This document shows, one piece after another, positions 22,749-37,107 of a stretch of DNA of 64,000 bases. The notes below the pieces were generated by a model, which did not search any database, was not told the DNA's origin, and saw nothing but the letters and a program-made list of their open reading frames with translations. The translations under genes and the position numbers were made by a program. This stretch comes from Takakia lepidozioides (lineage: Eukaryota; Plantae; Bryophyta), in NCBI GenBank assembly GCA_030704615.1, contig CM060733.1, positions 23,498,001 through 23,562,000 on the forward strand. Direction: 5' to 3'. The first letter of the stretch is position 1; each line of letters starts with the position of its first letter.

Positions 22749-23983
22749 AATTAACACACCCATGTTGTGGTGCCGCTAGATCAGGCCTACGTTAATGCAC
22801 CGCTCCTTAAATCTAGATAGTAGCTGGCCACGTCAGTAATTATAGCTTCATTACAGTTAGCGATAAGGCCCATGTGGTCCTGCTCTCCTTATCCCTGTGA
22901 CAAACGTTGTATATGTATATGTGTTCCAGTCAACAAATCTGACAGTAATCCAATTGGTGGCACCATGTTCTGATATCAGGTCCAGCTACATATACAACGT
23001 TGTTTGCCATAGCACCTGTCCCAACATCTGGTGGGAAATACTATTCTATGCAAATACTTGCCTTCTACTTGCCTTCATATGAGCTTGCACAAAGGCCTTG
23101 CTCCCACAAACTCTCCATTGCTCCAACTGCTCCACCATGTTCCCTCCTTATCAGTCCAAAGGAGTAGGCATTTCCAGGTAGTGAGGTTCCCTCCCATCGG
23201 TATATACGAACTCAACAACCAGCTGAAGCAGCAAACTAAGGGGGCCGACGTCATGCAATGGAAGAGAAACAGTAGAAGCACAGTACTTCATATTTGACAA
23301 AGGGGTCACTTTCTTACTGCCCTACCAAAATGCCAGCCACACCAAAAATGAATAAGACTGGTCAGTAAGGAATAAGATACATGCTGGAGCTTCAGCAGGA
23401 GGTGTGGAACCATGGGAAAGACCAAGATTAAGGTGAAAAGGAAAAAGAAGCTGCTGTGAGGCTCTTACTTTAGAATGGCTTCGCTGGGTTGGGTGTTGGT
23501 TGGGCTGATCTGTGATGCATCCCCAAGGCGCCGAATGGTCACATCATACAGGACTTCCTCTACTTTCTTGAGATCATACTTCATACCTGCTGGAAAGGGG
23601 ACCCCACGATTGTCAATAATTCTGTATTGGTTCATTGCTACAAGCAAGATGGACAGCAGGGAAGAATGAGAAAACAAGTGAAGGATGAGGAGGTGTCCAG
23701 CACATCACGACCCATCTCGACCTCTTACTCAACAACTGGGATGATTCTTGCTGTGAAAAAGAAAACTAGAGCCGTGTAACATACTCTCAATTCTGCAAAA
23801 AATAAGCTGGCCCAAAGTAGTGAGAGGGAGAATCAGTCACAGAGCCTTGTGAGCCATCCACTTCCCATCTGAAAAACATCCATGATATGTCCGAGGTTAA
23901 ATCACAGGGACAATGTTGACAAAATACGTATTTCCGTTGACACGGGTACGAGGACAGATGACACGGGTCTGAACTGACGCGGC

Positions 23984-24054
23984 ACTATACTCAGCACAGC
24001 ACACTTCACTAGCACTATACTCAGCTACTATACTCAGCTACTATACTCAACTAC
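23984..24054 (+). repeat. Short tandem repeat, ACTATACTCAGCT-like units
   Basis: Four ACTATACTCA units visible. Confidence 0.6.
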
Positions 24055-26012
24055 TTGCTATTTTTAAAATACTTGCCCTGGTGGGCAAGTATCTCCATCA
24101 CCACCTGTGACTCAGGAATGGACATCATCAGCATGAAGTTATACCATCCAGGAAATGCCATCAGGTGTGCCAACTTTGGATGCCGAGAAATTTGCTGGTT
24201 CCAGTTGCAGCTTGATGTCACTAATCCTCATGCCTGGTTGAAATGATTCGACAGTATGAAATTGGGAGAGTAGTACGCCAATGGAACCCAACCATCAGCT
24301 CATGAGAAGAGACGACAAGGTTAGCATATCTTCATGAATGAATTTATGTGGTAAAAGAAATGCTGCTGTGCAATTCTCAAAATGTATTCAGAAGACAAGC
24401 CTAGAATGCCGCCACAAGAACTGTGCTTGCTGTGACGATGGACGTTAAGAAAACCTCCGCACAGTCATGTAGAAGTGCCACTGCTACAAAGCATTACAGA
24501 CGAGCAGACCAGGTGAGTGAGTACGCAAAAACAAACCTCACTGCATATGGTGTCCACCAACACACGTCTAAATCCAAATTGTCTAAACAGAAACGGCCGC
24601 ATAGGCTGCATTAAAGATGGAAAGGCTTAGCCCTGCAACCACATCAGAGACACTCCCCCACATCCTTCCTGGAATTTTCATCAATAAAGAAGATTTCAGG
24701 GAAGCCCACTAAGACTATGAATCCCGGGGACAATAACTATCTCCTAGCCGTAGGCATTCGCACCACACACCCCAAAACGAATGCACGGACCCACTTTACA
24801 TAACGAATCCATGACCCAAGAAGCCAATTGAATTCTCTCAAAGACAGAAAAAAGGACAGCATGTAACCAAAGAAATTGGACGAAGACATCGCATACAATG
24901 CATGCTTGGAAGAAAGCTGAACCACAACTGGCGCCCAACTGTTCATGGTTTAGCCTCGAGCTTGCAGGATGGAGGCTCATTTCTCTTGCGCTAACAACTA
25001 CCCATGCCATTTCTCACTTTTCGCATACTCCAAATACTCCAACTGGTGCCATTTTAGCAGGGTCAGTTCCTCCTGCTTGCAGCCGGGAACACAGTCACTC
25101 ATGTAGCATCTGTTTACTGCCCTTGCTGAACCCAACCTGTCAGAGACTTCCAGACAAAAGAAAGAAAGAAAGGAACTTAACGAAGTCTATGGGAAGCTCA
25201 AAGAGCTCATGAAGTAAGCAAGACACAAAAAGGAAAAAGTGGGGCCTCAGCAAACAGCCCAACTGAAGATAGTACTCATAAGACGTTGGCCGTAGCCTTG
25301 TGGCCATAGACCCCATGCCCAGTTTGGCCAGAATAAAAGGGAACAAACACTACCTTTGTGAGGGGCTCACTCCAGTAGTGGGGCTTACTGAAGCGAGAAA
25401 TGGATAGTCAGGGATCAGACTCCACTGGTGTGGAATTTAAAATATCTAATGTAATCAAGCAAGGAAGAAATAGCATATGTACATAGAAAGTCTCAATGGA
25501 AGCACAGTGATCCAGTCAAAACAAACCCAACAATTTCTTAGCAAAGCAAATCTTAGGAGAGTATCATGTTGCACGGAAACAAACAAACGAGTGAAAACAT
25601 GAGATGTCTTGTTCCATTAGAGGGGTTGGTTGCTGAAATCAGAAGACATTTAAATTCAGTTTGCATGTGTAAAATGCGTCCGGTAAGCGATACACACAAG
25701 ACAAAACTTGGGAACCATGGCTTGTGGTCACTTGCAGATGCAGTGTTGAAGTTGCTATGCCAGTGATATCCTGTCCTGTTTTGATAGGTAACAGCCATCC
25801 TGCTATGGACAGAGGCCCTGCACTGATCCCCTCACATCTATAGCTTGAGGGTTCATGACACTCAGATCCCAGCCCTTCTCCCAGAAGTACCAGTAGCACA
25901 CACTCAACTAAGCAAATGGTACTGGCATGGAACTAAGTATTCCAATGTTTGCAAACCTAAGCCTCACTTTGAAAAGTATGATGACAAGACCCACTTACAC
26001 CCTGGGATGATT

Positions 26013-28346
26013 CTAACAAAGGCCATCAAGTGAGGTTTGCAGATCAGAAATCTTCATGAGGCTGATCTGGGCAGCTTCGTTGGATGTATACTCCGTTTCG
26101 ACAAGGGCTAATACTTGCCCATGTGCTTCCAGTATGTTTGACTTGATGGGCTTAAATAAAATGGAACGAGTGGATGGATTTTGCAAGTACAATTCCATCT
26201 TGGACACCACCTCTGGCAACCGTTGCTTAAGAGCTTCAGCTACCTTGGCCACCATCTCAGCAACCATGTCAGGCGTCGCAAAGGCTTGTTCTTTCAGGGT
26301 TTTTGGTGCCTCCATGTCTGCTGGTCGGTTCCGCTTCGCCATTTTTACAGCTGTTACCTTGGTGATGAAAGAAAGCATAGGTTCAACTGCAAGCTTGGTT
26401 ATGGACATGATGAATTGTTCACATGTCATCTTTAAGCTCTTTTCAAGCTCCTTCTTTGCATCTATTTGATAGTCCAAAACACGGGGTGAAAAGGTGCGAG
26501 CCAGGGACTGACTGCTCCATAATGATGACTGACCTCTCAATATGCGGCGCAAATGCTCCAGCAAGTGTGTGAAATCGAGCTCCTTGTGTGTTACAGAAAA
26601 ATCTATGTCAAAGGGTGCAATCTGTTCCCGGAGAATCAGCAGATGCTTGATGAGAAAAAGTTGTCCATCCATTTGAGAAGATCGCCTCTCTATCAATTTG
26701 CTCGCACGTTGAATGGATGCAGAACACATACCAATAGCTTCCTGTGCAAGACCAGTAAAAATTGCAGGCTCCAGACAGCGGTACAGCTTGGAGAGAGCCG
26801 ATAAAGTTTTCTCCAATGGTGGGTACCAGGTTGCATACAAATCTCTTCCCTCCTCCTCATTCCCAGAGGCTGATGCAGCACTTTGCTCCAGTTTAGCTGG
26901 AAAGTCAAGATCCTCTGCTGATGGCAGGTAGTTGGCAATCTCATCCCGCATGTGTGTCTGGGCACGAAAGGTGAGCCTTTCTTGTACATCCGCAAGGGTT
27001 CGTAAGATAGTCGGATGCACCCCTGCCACCGATTCTCGCCGCCTCCCCAAATGCTCATCAAGCACCTCTGCTTTCAGAATATCTACAACCTCACAAAGTC
27101 GATCTAAGTCTGCCTCATGGATAAACCGTGCCCGCAGAGTGTCATAGAGCACCGTACACAGGGGGTCAACAAGTGGGGCCAGGTTAGAGGGATCAGAAGA
27201 TGAGACTGGGAAGAAGTGATCAAACAGTTGATGCTCTAGCTGGCATACCTGCATTAGGTAAGCACAGCCAGATCTGGTCAACGCAGGCAATGGCTCCTTC
27301 TTTGCATAGTCACCAATCCGCTGCGACACCACCCCTTGTACCAAACCAAGACGCTGCTCACAATACAATGAATAACAATCTGTGAGCACTTGACTGTACT
27401 CCTTCCGCGACGCTCTGCTCTCGATCTCTTCCATCAGTGCTTTCAGCTCACTTGCAGCAGCTTTGAAGCGCACATAGAGTACAGACGTCTCTGACCCTTC
27501 CGCGATGGAGATTCTGCCGTTTCCACCTAAACTTTCTTTGACAGCCGCCTGGACCTGAGCTGATGCATGCTTCAGAACTGTGAGTACATGTGTCCGCACC
27601 ATGGCCAGTGCGCGCGATTGAAGTTGCTTGAACTTGACAAGATAGACACTGGAATCTGCATACTGTGGATTGTTGGCTACATACGATATGCATTCATCAA
27701 GTCTCTTCAACAATGGGAGGAAATGGCCACTCCCAACACCCATAGTTGCCGCATAAAACTGCGTCGCTATATTTTCAAGTTCATCAAAGTAGTTGAGCTT
27801 GCTCCGGAGGGCATCAGCAAACTCGATCAGCCTCTCCTTCTCCATCACCAATCGCTCGCAAGCATCATGCAGCATTCTTGTTTTGGTGGCAACAGCCTGA
27901 TGCTGGGCTTGCAGATCATCGAATCTACCCAGTGTGCCATCCAGATGACCCAGAATCTCATCACAGGTCTCGAGATGTCCTGTCAATGTGTTGACATACT
28001 GCCGGTACTTCTCTTCTGTCTCTGACTTCATGGCAGTCTCTAAATCCGTGTGCCACTTATAGAATTGATGCTGGCTGTTGAGCTCAACAAGGTCAGTTGC
28101 CAAGGTAGCCTGCTGTGAGGGATCCGGAGAAGATGTGCTCGTATCTTGATCTTGCCTTCTCGTTGCCTCTCCCCCAAGATGCGAAGGCATAGGTCTCTCT
28201 GCTGCTGCATGAGCCAAGGCCATAATTGCCGCTTGCTGTTGCTCTGTCAGCGCTGCATTGTGTTCCCAAGTGGATGCGAATCTGTAGCCTAGAGACACAG
28301 CTCCAGAGCATGGCTGCGTCTGTGTAGGCCCATTCCTGCTCGCCAT
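26013..28346 (-). CDS. COG3: Conserved oligomeric Golgi complex subunit 3 (Sec34), single exon, 777 aa
   Basis: Intact ORF with plant COG3 hallmarks: [97 protein letters not shown]. Confidence 0.93.
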   Translation of the reverse strand: MASRNGPTQTQPCSGAVSLGYRFASTWEHNAALTEQQQAAIMALAHAAAERPMPSHLGGEATRRQDQDTSTSSPDPSQQATLATDLVELNSQHQFYKWHTDLETAMKSETEEKYRQYVNTLTGHLETCDEILGHLDGTLGRFDDLQAQHQAVATKTRMLHDACERLVMEKERLIEFADALRSKLNYFDELENIATQFYAATMGVGSGHFLPLLKRLDECISYVANNPQYADSSVYLVKFKQLQSRALAMVRTHVLTVLKHASAQVQAAVKESLGGNGRISIAEGSETSVLYVRFKAAASELKALMEEIESRASRKEYSQVLTDCYSLYCEQRLGLVQGVVSQRIGDYAKKEPLPALTRSGCAYLMQVCQLEHQLFDHFFPVSSSDPSNLAPLVDPLCTVLYDTLRARFIHEADLDRLCEVVDILKAEVLDEHLGRRRESVAGVHPTILRTLADVQERLTFRAQTHMRDEIANYLPSAEDLDFPAKLEQSAASASGNEEEGRDLYATWYPPLEKTLSALSKLYRCLEPAIFTGLAQEAIGMCSASIQRASKLIERRSSQMDGQLFLIKHLLILREQIAPFDIDFSVTHKELDFTHLLEHLRRILRGQSSLWSSQSLARTFSPRVLDYQIDAKKELEKSLKMTCEQFIMSITKLAVEPMLSFITKVTAVKMAKRNRPADMEAPKTLKEQAFATPDMVAEMVAKVAEALKQRLPEVVSKMELYLQNPSTRSILFKPIKSNILEAHGQVLALVETEYTSNEAAQISLMKISDLQTSLDGLC

Positions 28347-28782
28347 CGCTCTCCAAGCTTCTCCACAACGATCTCAGCAATGCCTCCCCTGTTCTTTGTT
28401 CTTCAGAGCCAAGGGTTTTGTCTACTGGACGGACGAGCGCTGAACGTTCATTTCTTCCGCTATCGTTCGTCGAGATCCTCTACTTTCGTTAGATGGAATC
28501 TTGTTCCTACGCCGGGGCTCAAACCGGGCTCCCCTCGTGATCCTGCTTAGTACGTCCTCGGGGTTTTCCCTAAGTAATTCCAAATAAGTCAATACAAATC
28601 AATATTTATAGCATCTCGAACAGGCGTCTCTAATCCAAGACCAATCCTTACCACATCTGAAATCCTGACCCTCGAACTTTCCAAGATTCTGAACCCCACC
28701 CTAGGAGAATTCTGGAAGCAACTACTTTACAACAATATGTAGAGCAGTTTCATTGGGCGCTGATTCTAGAGTGGTCCATGAG

Positions 28783-31700
28783 TTTTTTTTTTTTTAATTA
28801 AGGGAACAGGGGGATATATCCCTGATATATTTATTATCAATTATTTGATGGGGAAAAAAATTAAAACCCCTTTACACCATGAGGTATACCCACTGTGATC
28901 AGTGTAGTTCGAGCCAGCCTCTCTGAACAGAGATAAAGTCCAAGATACGAAAATAACTCCTATCTACCTCTACATTAAATGCAAAAAGAGCATAGATTGT
29001 TCCTACGAACTAAACAGCCACCGAGCGGGCTAATCCAGGGGACCAAAAAACCGGGCACACTGCCCTAGACCTGAAGCGAAGCTTAGGAGAGAGGAGTGTC
29101 CTGATGGACTTTCTAAGACTGTCTAGAATGGCAAGGGAGGAGTGGCACTGAGAGTAGATAGTTCATTGATCTTCTACACGATGGAGATTGCGATCTATCT
29201 GTAGTGCAACTTGGAAGCCGTCGAGGAGGGTTTCAGATGCTTCCAGTTGATGTCCCTTTCAAATTCGGGGGAAAGAGTGTAGCGGCACACGGAGATCTCG
29301 CCAGGTTGCTGGGGGGAGAGCGTTCCAGTAGCATCGGTCCTGCACAGGGCTGCTGCATATGATCCCCTGTCTTATCCAGGTGTGCTGAAAGTTCCTGTGG
29401 ATGGCCTCCGCGTTCCTGGCATCCCGCTGTATGACTGCACATATTTTGGCCCATGCCTTCCTAGCTTTAGTTTGTAAGTCAAGAAATACAGTAGCCAGGA
29501 GGGCAGATATGGAAGTGGTCTCTCCTAGAAAGGTATTCTTGCATCTTAGTTTCCATAGATGCCACAAAACTGATGCTCTTAAGGTCTCAAAAACAGGGCA
29601 GTTAATGGCTCTGTTTTTTGTGGTTGGATCATAGTTTAGGAGAATGATTGTGTCTGAAGGAGAGGAGGGGTTCCAGGTTTGATAGAAGGTTTTGATATGG
29701 GGCCAAATCCTTGCTGGGGCTTGGCAGGAGAGGAGGCAATGTTCTATCGATTCTGTCACTGCAGTAGAACAGCAAGCACATAAAATCGAACCCTGAAACT
29801 GTAGCCATTCCCCAACTTTGAGAACCCTATTTACTAATTGCCATAGAAAGGATGCAATTTTTGAAGGGCGGGATTTAATCCAAACTGAACCCCAAATAGT
29901 CTTCCAGTTTTCATCACAGAAATTGTACAATCCCCATCTAGCTTCCCATTTCTTGTTCATAGGTTGAGACACAGATAATGCTTTGTATCCCTTCTTAGTT
30001 GTGTATGCAAAGAAGGGCTCTGGAGCATTGTTGAATTTCCAGGACCATTCTTGGGGGTCAATGTCCATTTCTGCGAGAGGTCTCCCTAGAATCCAGACAA
30101 AGGTGTTAGAAAGAAGCCAGGATCTGGTTGTGGTTGTAAGGGGTGGTATAGGATCCATGGCTTTATCTGGGGCTGTCCAGCAGCATATCCTCACCGGCGT
30201 TAGAGTCATGAGATTGAAGTGAACTGGGTTTGGGTTTGTAAGTGTAAGCCTAAGAAAGAAGGTGTCAATAGAGAAGGTGTATACTGACATATCATTGTGA
30301 CTGAGTTCATCTAGAAACAAAATGGTAAGCTTGTTTTGCAGAATGATTAAAGCCCATGAGTTGGGAGCTGGATGCGGAGGGCCAAGTGCCAGAGTGGCCA
30401 ACCACTGTGGTGGGATAGTTTGAATGATATCATGGTAACCTTTTGATGCCCGGGACCTCCCCACAAAAAGGGCCAGCGCATCTTGAGAGATGAGACTATC
30501 TCCCGACCATATGTTATGAACCTGTCTGACCCCGAGGCAGTCCCATTTGGACCATCTCATAGCCTGGTTTTTCTGAGGAGCAGTTAGAGGTATGTCATTG
30601 AGAAACAGATGTTATCTTTTGATTTCATAGAAGTTGCTTGGCTGGGCTTTTGTAAGCAGTTTTCTGAGCCTTCCCCAGGCCGACCAGATGTTGGACCATA
30701 GAGTGGAACTGACTGATTTAAGGTTGAAGCCCTAAGTGATCCAGCGCAATGATGGGGTCCAAGGGGTGTTTTTGAGTGGCGAGGAATTGGCAATGTGGTC
30801 ATAGATCAGAAATTTCCAGCAACCTCCTTCTGGTCCAAGAAAGCGCGGAATCCATTTTCCAAGGAGGGCCACTATCTGTAGTTCAGGGTCCAACACCCCT
30901 AGCCCTCCTTTTTTTTTTTGGTAAACAGATCTGTAACCAAGCTACATGTGGTCTCTTGTTGTGAATGGAGCTTTGTGCTCCCCAAATGAAGTTCCGGAGG
31001 AGACATCTGATTACTTGCATCTGTTTAGAGTTAGGGCGCCATGAGGAGGCATAGTACCATAAACCAGCTGAATGAATCTGATTCACCACTAAGGCTCTAC
31101 CAACGAGAGAGAGATGCTTTGACCCCCAGTAGGTCAATTTTTTCTCTAGTTTGGATAATGTAGAGGCAAAGATTTGCTAGTCTGTGAGGTTAATACCAAA
31201 GGTATATCCTAACAAGGTGGTTGTTTCGCCAGGCTGGAGCCAACAGAGACCCTGATCCACCCCCCAAGAGGGTGGTGAGCCCATAGTGGAAGCCGTTAGG
31301 TCACCAACGAGCAAGCCTGAAGTTTGTTCCAATTAATTTTGAATCCCGAGGCTTTGCAAAAGGTATGCAAAGTCTGTCCTGCTTGGTCCAAGTTTCTGAC
31401 TTTGCTTGCAGCATTAAAAACGTGTCATCCACGAATATAGAGTCAGTCAGGTAGGTGTATTGGCCCGTTATATAGTTTGAGACCCTAAGGCCTGTCATTA
31501 ATTGGTTTTGCTGCAACATATACCCCAGGGTATCTGCCACTACCAGAAACAGAAAGGGTGAGAGGGGACATCCTTGTCTAACTGATCGCCGAAGAGGGAA
31601 GGAAGAAGACAAGTGGCCATTTACAGTAACCCTACTGGATGAAGAAGTAAGGAGAATCTTGACCCATTTACAAAAAGAATGAGAAAACCCAAATTTTAGC

Positions 31701-32640
31701 AAGGCTGCAAGCAAGTAGGACCATTCCACCCGGTCGAAAGCCTTTTCAAAATCCAAGAGAAGAAGGGCAATGGCTTGATTGGTCCTTAGGGCATAGTCTG
31801 GAATTTCCTGTGCAAGGAGGAGGTTGTCCAGAATATACCGGCCTTTAATAAATCATGTCTGGTTGGGCCGAATAATGAATGGAAGAAGAGGTTGCAGTCT
31901 AAGGGCGAGAGCCTTGGCAATGATTTTGTAGGCGACATTCAAAAGGGTTATAGGGCGATAATTCGAAATATTCGTTCTGTCCCCCTTTTTGTACAACAAG
32001 GTAATTACCCCTTGAGCCATTGAAGGTGGCATTTGACCTTGCTGAAACAGATGGTTGGACATGGCTGTAAAGTCCCCTAAAATCTTTGGCCACAATGCTT
32101 TAAAAAATTCAACAGAAGTGCCATCTATACCAGGCGATTTGTTGTTCTGCATCTTAGATAGAGCCTCCTCTAATTCCAAGTCAGAGAAGTTTCCCTCAAG
32201 TTGCGCGGCATATTCCGGAGAAAGCATGGTAGGAGTGTGAATCAGACAGGCTGTCTGTTCATCAGAAGGTTCTAGGGAGATGCTGTCACTGTGAAAAAGT
32301 TGCTAGAAATGGTCCCCAGCATGGGTTGCCATCAATTTAGGTACTGTGTTTGAGATTCCGGATGGCTGGGCCACAAGTTCAAAGATGGTTTGTGAAGCTC
32401 TTCTCAATCTGGTCTTGTCAAAGAAGTATTTTGTCATCTTTTCCCCTTTTGTTGACCAGTTAACCCCCGCCTGTAACTTCCACTTTCTTTCTTGGAATTT
32501 ATGGTGAATGTCTAGATTGTTCCTGGCTTGGATATAAGTTTTGTAAGTATCTTCATCGCAATGCCTGGATTCCAATGCAGATTGGCATACTTTGAGGCAT
32601 TTAGATAATGCCTTAACCCTTCTGTTTCGGATGAGTGCCA
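28783..32640 (-). mobile_element. L1/Tx1-like LINE, 5'-truncated by Gypsy copy 2, degenerate ORF2
   Basis: KSPGIDG, NYRPITLLN..YKI.AK, DFEKAFDRV, VRQGCPLSP, FVDD. zf-RVT-like C..C...ESIEHCLLSC. Poly(T) at 28783-28796 is the poly(A) tail on the minus strand. Confidence 0.88.
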
Positions 32641-35600
32641 TGTCGTGCGCATACGTATCGCTACACAACTACATCGTTGTACAAAACCACACAACACATG
32701 TGCACGCCACACACTAGTATATCACTAGTCCACCACTAGTCCAATCACTAGTCCAACCACTAGGCTACAACTAGTCAGTCACTAGGCTACCACTATGCTG
32801 CCCACTATGGCAGTCACTAGTCCACACAATGATAAAGAAGAAGAATACAAGCACGAGCTCACAAATCTGAAGCATAAACTCATGCATATATAACCTCATC
32901 ACTCAAATACAAGTCAAGCCAAGTGCACCCCACGCCATGAGGAATCCACACTACGGCGCCATAGCTAGGCGCGGTGAGGCTCAACTCGAGAAAGATGAGC
33001 CTCCCGCGCTTGCCGTGAAGATAACCACTCCAGGACCTAAATCTGCCTTGACCCTTGGATTGACACTTGGGCCAATCCCAAATGTCAATATGTAAAAGCT
33101 AGCTATTTCCTAGCTAGTTTCACACTAGTGGTAAAATAACTTGACAGCTGTCGTGCGCATACGTATCGCTACACAACTACATCGCTGTACAAAACCACAC
33201 AACACATGTGCACGCCACACACTAGTATGTCACTAGTCCACCACTAGTCCAACCACTAGGCTACAACTAGTCAGTCACTAGGCTGCCACTATGCTGCCCA
33301 CAATGGCAGTCACTAGTCCACACAATCGCCCCCCTAGCTGGTGCTTAGGTCCCTCTAAGTCCAGGTAGCCACAAGATGTGATAGTGACCATAGCCTCACT
33401 AAGTCCTCCACCACTGTCCCTACTACACTCAAACTCGATAGATCAAGAGGCCGGGTGCAAGAGTTGCCCCATCGTTAGTCGCCGTCTTGCAACCTGTGAA
33501 CTTGAGCTTGGGATCTCATGTATTGACTTCTATGAGCTTGGCCTCCCATGTCTTGTTAGCTGCCTCCAGTCATGTCCACTGCCACTATCCCAAGCAGTGT
33601 GGACACAACCAATCTCCGTCAGGAACCTTCTCAAGAGGTGGTGTCAAGCATCCCATATGCCAACCCCTTGAACATCGATCACACACCAGCATGGTGGCTG
33701 CCCCTTTGGCAGACCCACAGAGTATGCACCTCAAACCTGCAGGTACCACTGCCAAGTTTGGGTCAACTCTGCCATCGACATTGGGAAGGTGACATGGCGC
33801 ACAATTACGCACATGGTCTTTCCAAGTCATGTCATCTCGACCCTCCAAGATCAGGACTCCTGAGGGCAACACCTCTTGAACCCTCAGAATAACACGCCCT
33901 GCAGTAACATCCAGAGTCGTAGGAGCAGTCTGCTGCAAATAAACATAGTCACCAGGGCTAAACCTCCGAACCCCATGACGATATCCTCCACCACGTATAG
34001 TGGCATACCTCAACGTATCACGGTGTTGTGCAATGGCAAGGTTCTCAAAAGCCATGGGCATGACTTTCTTGAACAACTCTGCACGCTGATCACATGCACG
34101 TACCCACACGTCCGGATCGTCAAGGTTAAGGACTTGAGCAGTGTCCCTACGAATGGCTGCAGGCAAATCCGGCTCTCGGCCAAAGAGAAGGAAATATGGT
34201 GAGAAAGAGGCAAATGATGCTTGTTTGCTGAACCTGTAGCCCATGGTTAACCAAGGAACCTAAAGATCCCAATCTCCTAGGTGTCCCTTCTGCAAGCCAT
34301 ACTTGCGCAAACCCCTCTTCACCGTCTGAACAACTCTCTCTGCCAAGCCATCGGCCTCAGGATGATCCCGAGAAGTGGTGCGGTGGTCTATCAAGGCTTT
34401 ATCACACAAAGCCTGAAACTCCCCCAAGAACTCTCTCCCTTGGTCCGTGAGTACCTCAGCTGGAGCACCAAATCGGCTAAGCACACGATCCAAGAATGCA
34501 TACGCAGCCCCCTCACTAGCCTTGTCAGGCAATGGAACCAACTCAATCCACTTGGAGAAGTGCTCCACCATCACCAACACATATCTGTGGTGGCGCATAG
34601 TCAGTGGCAATGGTCCTGCGAAGTCAAGACTTCACCTATAGCCCAATCCCATGATTGGTAAAGGATGCAACTGTGGTGTAGGGGCGTTGAATGAAGCACG
34701 CACCCTGTCACACACCATGCACCTAGCCACGAACTGTTGCACATCTGTATGCATACCACGCCACCAATACTGCCCCTGCAGTAAACTATGAGTGCGTCGC
34801 ACTCCAAAATGCCCCAACTCCTCATGGGCATGCCGCACTAACCGTGCACGCTGTGTGGGGTGAGGCACAATCCTCACCCGACCATCCTCCCATACTCGAA
34901 GTAGGTGTATCCCCTCCCACTTGAACCTCTTGGCTCGTTGCAGGATCTGATCCCTCTCCTTGGCAGTCATAGTGGCTGCCGTGTCTCCCGTGTGGAGGTA
35001 GTCCAACACATCCGAATCCTCATGTATATCTCTGGCACCACCTGGCTCATCACTAGCCTCAGGGTCCTCAGCCACTCCGTCTACAGTCATCCCTGTTGTA
35101 GGTCCAACCTGACCTCCCGATGCCAAGATACACAAAAATACAGATGCGTGCCATCCTGGCACCATCTCCTCGTCCGTCTCACCATGCCACCGAGCTACAG
35201 TGTCATCCTGCTGGCTCATGCATGGATTGCGACTCAATCCATCCGCATCCCGATTGACCAAACCCGGTCGATGCAAAACCTGAAAGTCATACTCTTGGAG
35301 TATGAGTGCCCACCGTGCAAGCTTCCCCGTAAGCTTGTCTGACTCCATCAACCACTTGAGTGGCTGGTGATCTGTGACAAAGGTGAAAAGATTGCCGTAT
35401 AGATAGCACCTGAAGTGTGCCACGGCCCACACTGCAGCTAAGCACTCTCCCTCATATGAGCTGTACTTAGCCTCTGCAACGTTGTTCGAGCGGCTAGCAT
35501 AAGCCACTACGAACTCTCTTCCCTCATCATCCACCTGTGTGAGCACCGCTCCAAGCCCCAGCATGCTCCAATCCGTATGCAGCTGAAAGGGACGCCCCCT

Positions 35601-37107
35601 AATAGGTCGTCTCAGGATAGGCGCCGAGGTCAACCTCGCCTTGAGCTCTTGAAAAGCTCGTTCCTGCTCATCTTCCCACTGCCATTCCTGGTCCACCTTG
35701 GTCAGCTTGGTTAGAGCCTTTGCAATGGTACTAAATCCCTTGACAAACCGTCTATGATAGTTTGTCAACCCCATGAAAGCTCGAACTCGGCTCACATCCG
35801 TGGGGCGTAGAATTTGTGCAATGGCCTCTACCTTAGTCTGCTGTACCCCCAATCCTCCAGGATATATCATGTGACCTAGATACTCAATCTGGTTGTGGAA
35901 AAACTTGCACTTCCCCGGATGCAACTTCAATCCGTGCGCTCTCAAGCGCTCCAATACCACCTGAAGGTGTCTCTCATGCTCCTCCATTGTAACACTAAAG
36001 ATGATGATGTCATCTATGTAGCACCGAGCAAAGTCCACCCCTGCTAGAATCCTATCCATGACTCTCTGAAACTCTGCAGGAGCATTCTTAAGCCCAAATG
36101 GTAAGAACCGCCACTGATATAGGCAATCCTTGTCGTGCTCATTGATCCCCCAGAATGTCGTCTTCTGCTTGTCCGCCTCGTTGATTGGCAACTGGTGATA
36201 TCCGGATCGTAAATCCAAAGTGCTAAAGGCCTTAGCATGCCCGATGGCATCAAAGATCTCCTCTGAGGTTGGCATGGCATACTTATCGGACTCGGTCTGA
36301 CGATTTACAGGCCGGTAATCACCGCACATACGTCTCTCCGTCCAATTGCCATAGACATCCTTCTTGGCTGGCATCACTGTGGCTAAAGCATACTCTCCAC
36401 CAGAGAGCTCCACCAAACCTGCCTCCCAGAGATCTTGAGTCCTCATCTGAATCAAAGACCTCTCCATGTCACTGTATCTATAGGGTCTCCGAAAGATTGG
36501 CGTGTCAGTGGCCAACTCAATACGGATCTCTTGACCCTTCAGTGCTCCCAAGTCCTTCAAACTGAAAACAAAGCAATTCCTATAAGCCCTCAAGAACCGC
36601 CGTATACGTTGTCTCTCTCCTCCGGTGACAATGGGTCCAATGTCAGGCTCCCAATTGTCCTCCGTAACTGCAACCTTAAGTCCAGTGGGCTTAGAGGTAG
36701 AGGACGCGTCCAGTGGTTGCTATGTTGCAATCTCTTGAGCAGTACTCCCTGCCTGCTCAGTCAATGACAAGGCCTCATCCTGCCCCATCATCTCATCCTT
36801 GAGGACCTCCTCAACCCGAGAAGAATCCCCAACCTCATCCATCACAGCCGCCTTGGCTGCCAACTCCCTCTGAACCTCGAGCACCTCCCACATGTGCCAT
36901 GGATGCATGCACCCCGTGGTCCTCACATGCTCGCCCCCACTCACTACCTGTACCGTCTTGGTAGGCAGAGAGACCATCGAGGGAAGTGTACTCTGCACTC
37001 TGCGTTGCTCAGCCAGAGCCAAGCTGATAATCCAGGTCAAGCAATTGAGATCCATTGCTTGCCCCAACACTTGACGACGTGATGCCTCAGAAAGAGATGA
37101 CATCGCC
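32641..37107 (-). mobile_element. DNMT/PHD Gypsy-type element, copy 2 (3' half: DNMT motif X, RT, RNase H, integrase, PHD, B-A-B end)
   Basis: B2 32641-32829, A2 32830-33146, B1 33149-33325. RMCGDYR, LDLRSGYHQ, YIDD, TDHQPL, rve VLTDQGREF..DGLAER. Confidence 0.92.
33585..36593 (-). pseudogene. Gypsy pol RT-RNaseH-integrase with C-terminal PHD finger (few stops)
   Basis: ORFs 34632-36593, 34260-34610 and 33585-34244. PHD CILCGS..MLVCDRCSRGWHMGCLTPPLEKVPDGDWLCPHC. Confidence 0.9.

Noticed and set aside
23000-25500. Possible gene downstream of COG3
   Set aside because: Only short ORFs without recognisable motifs. No gene model can be supported.
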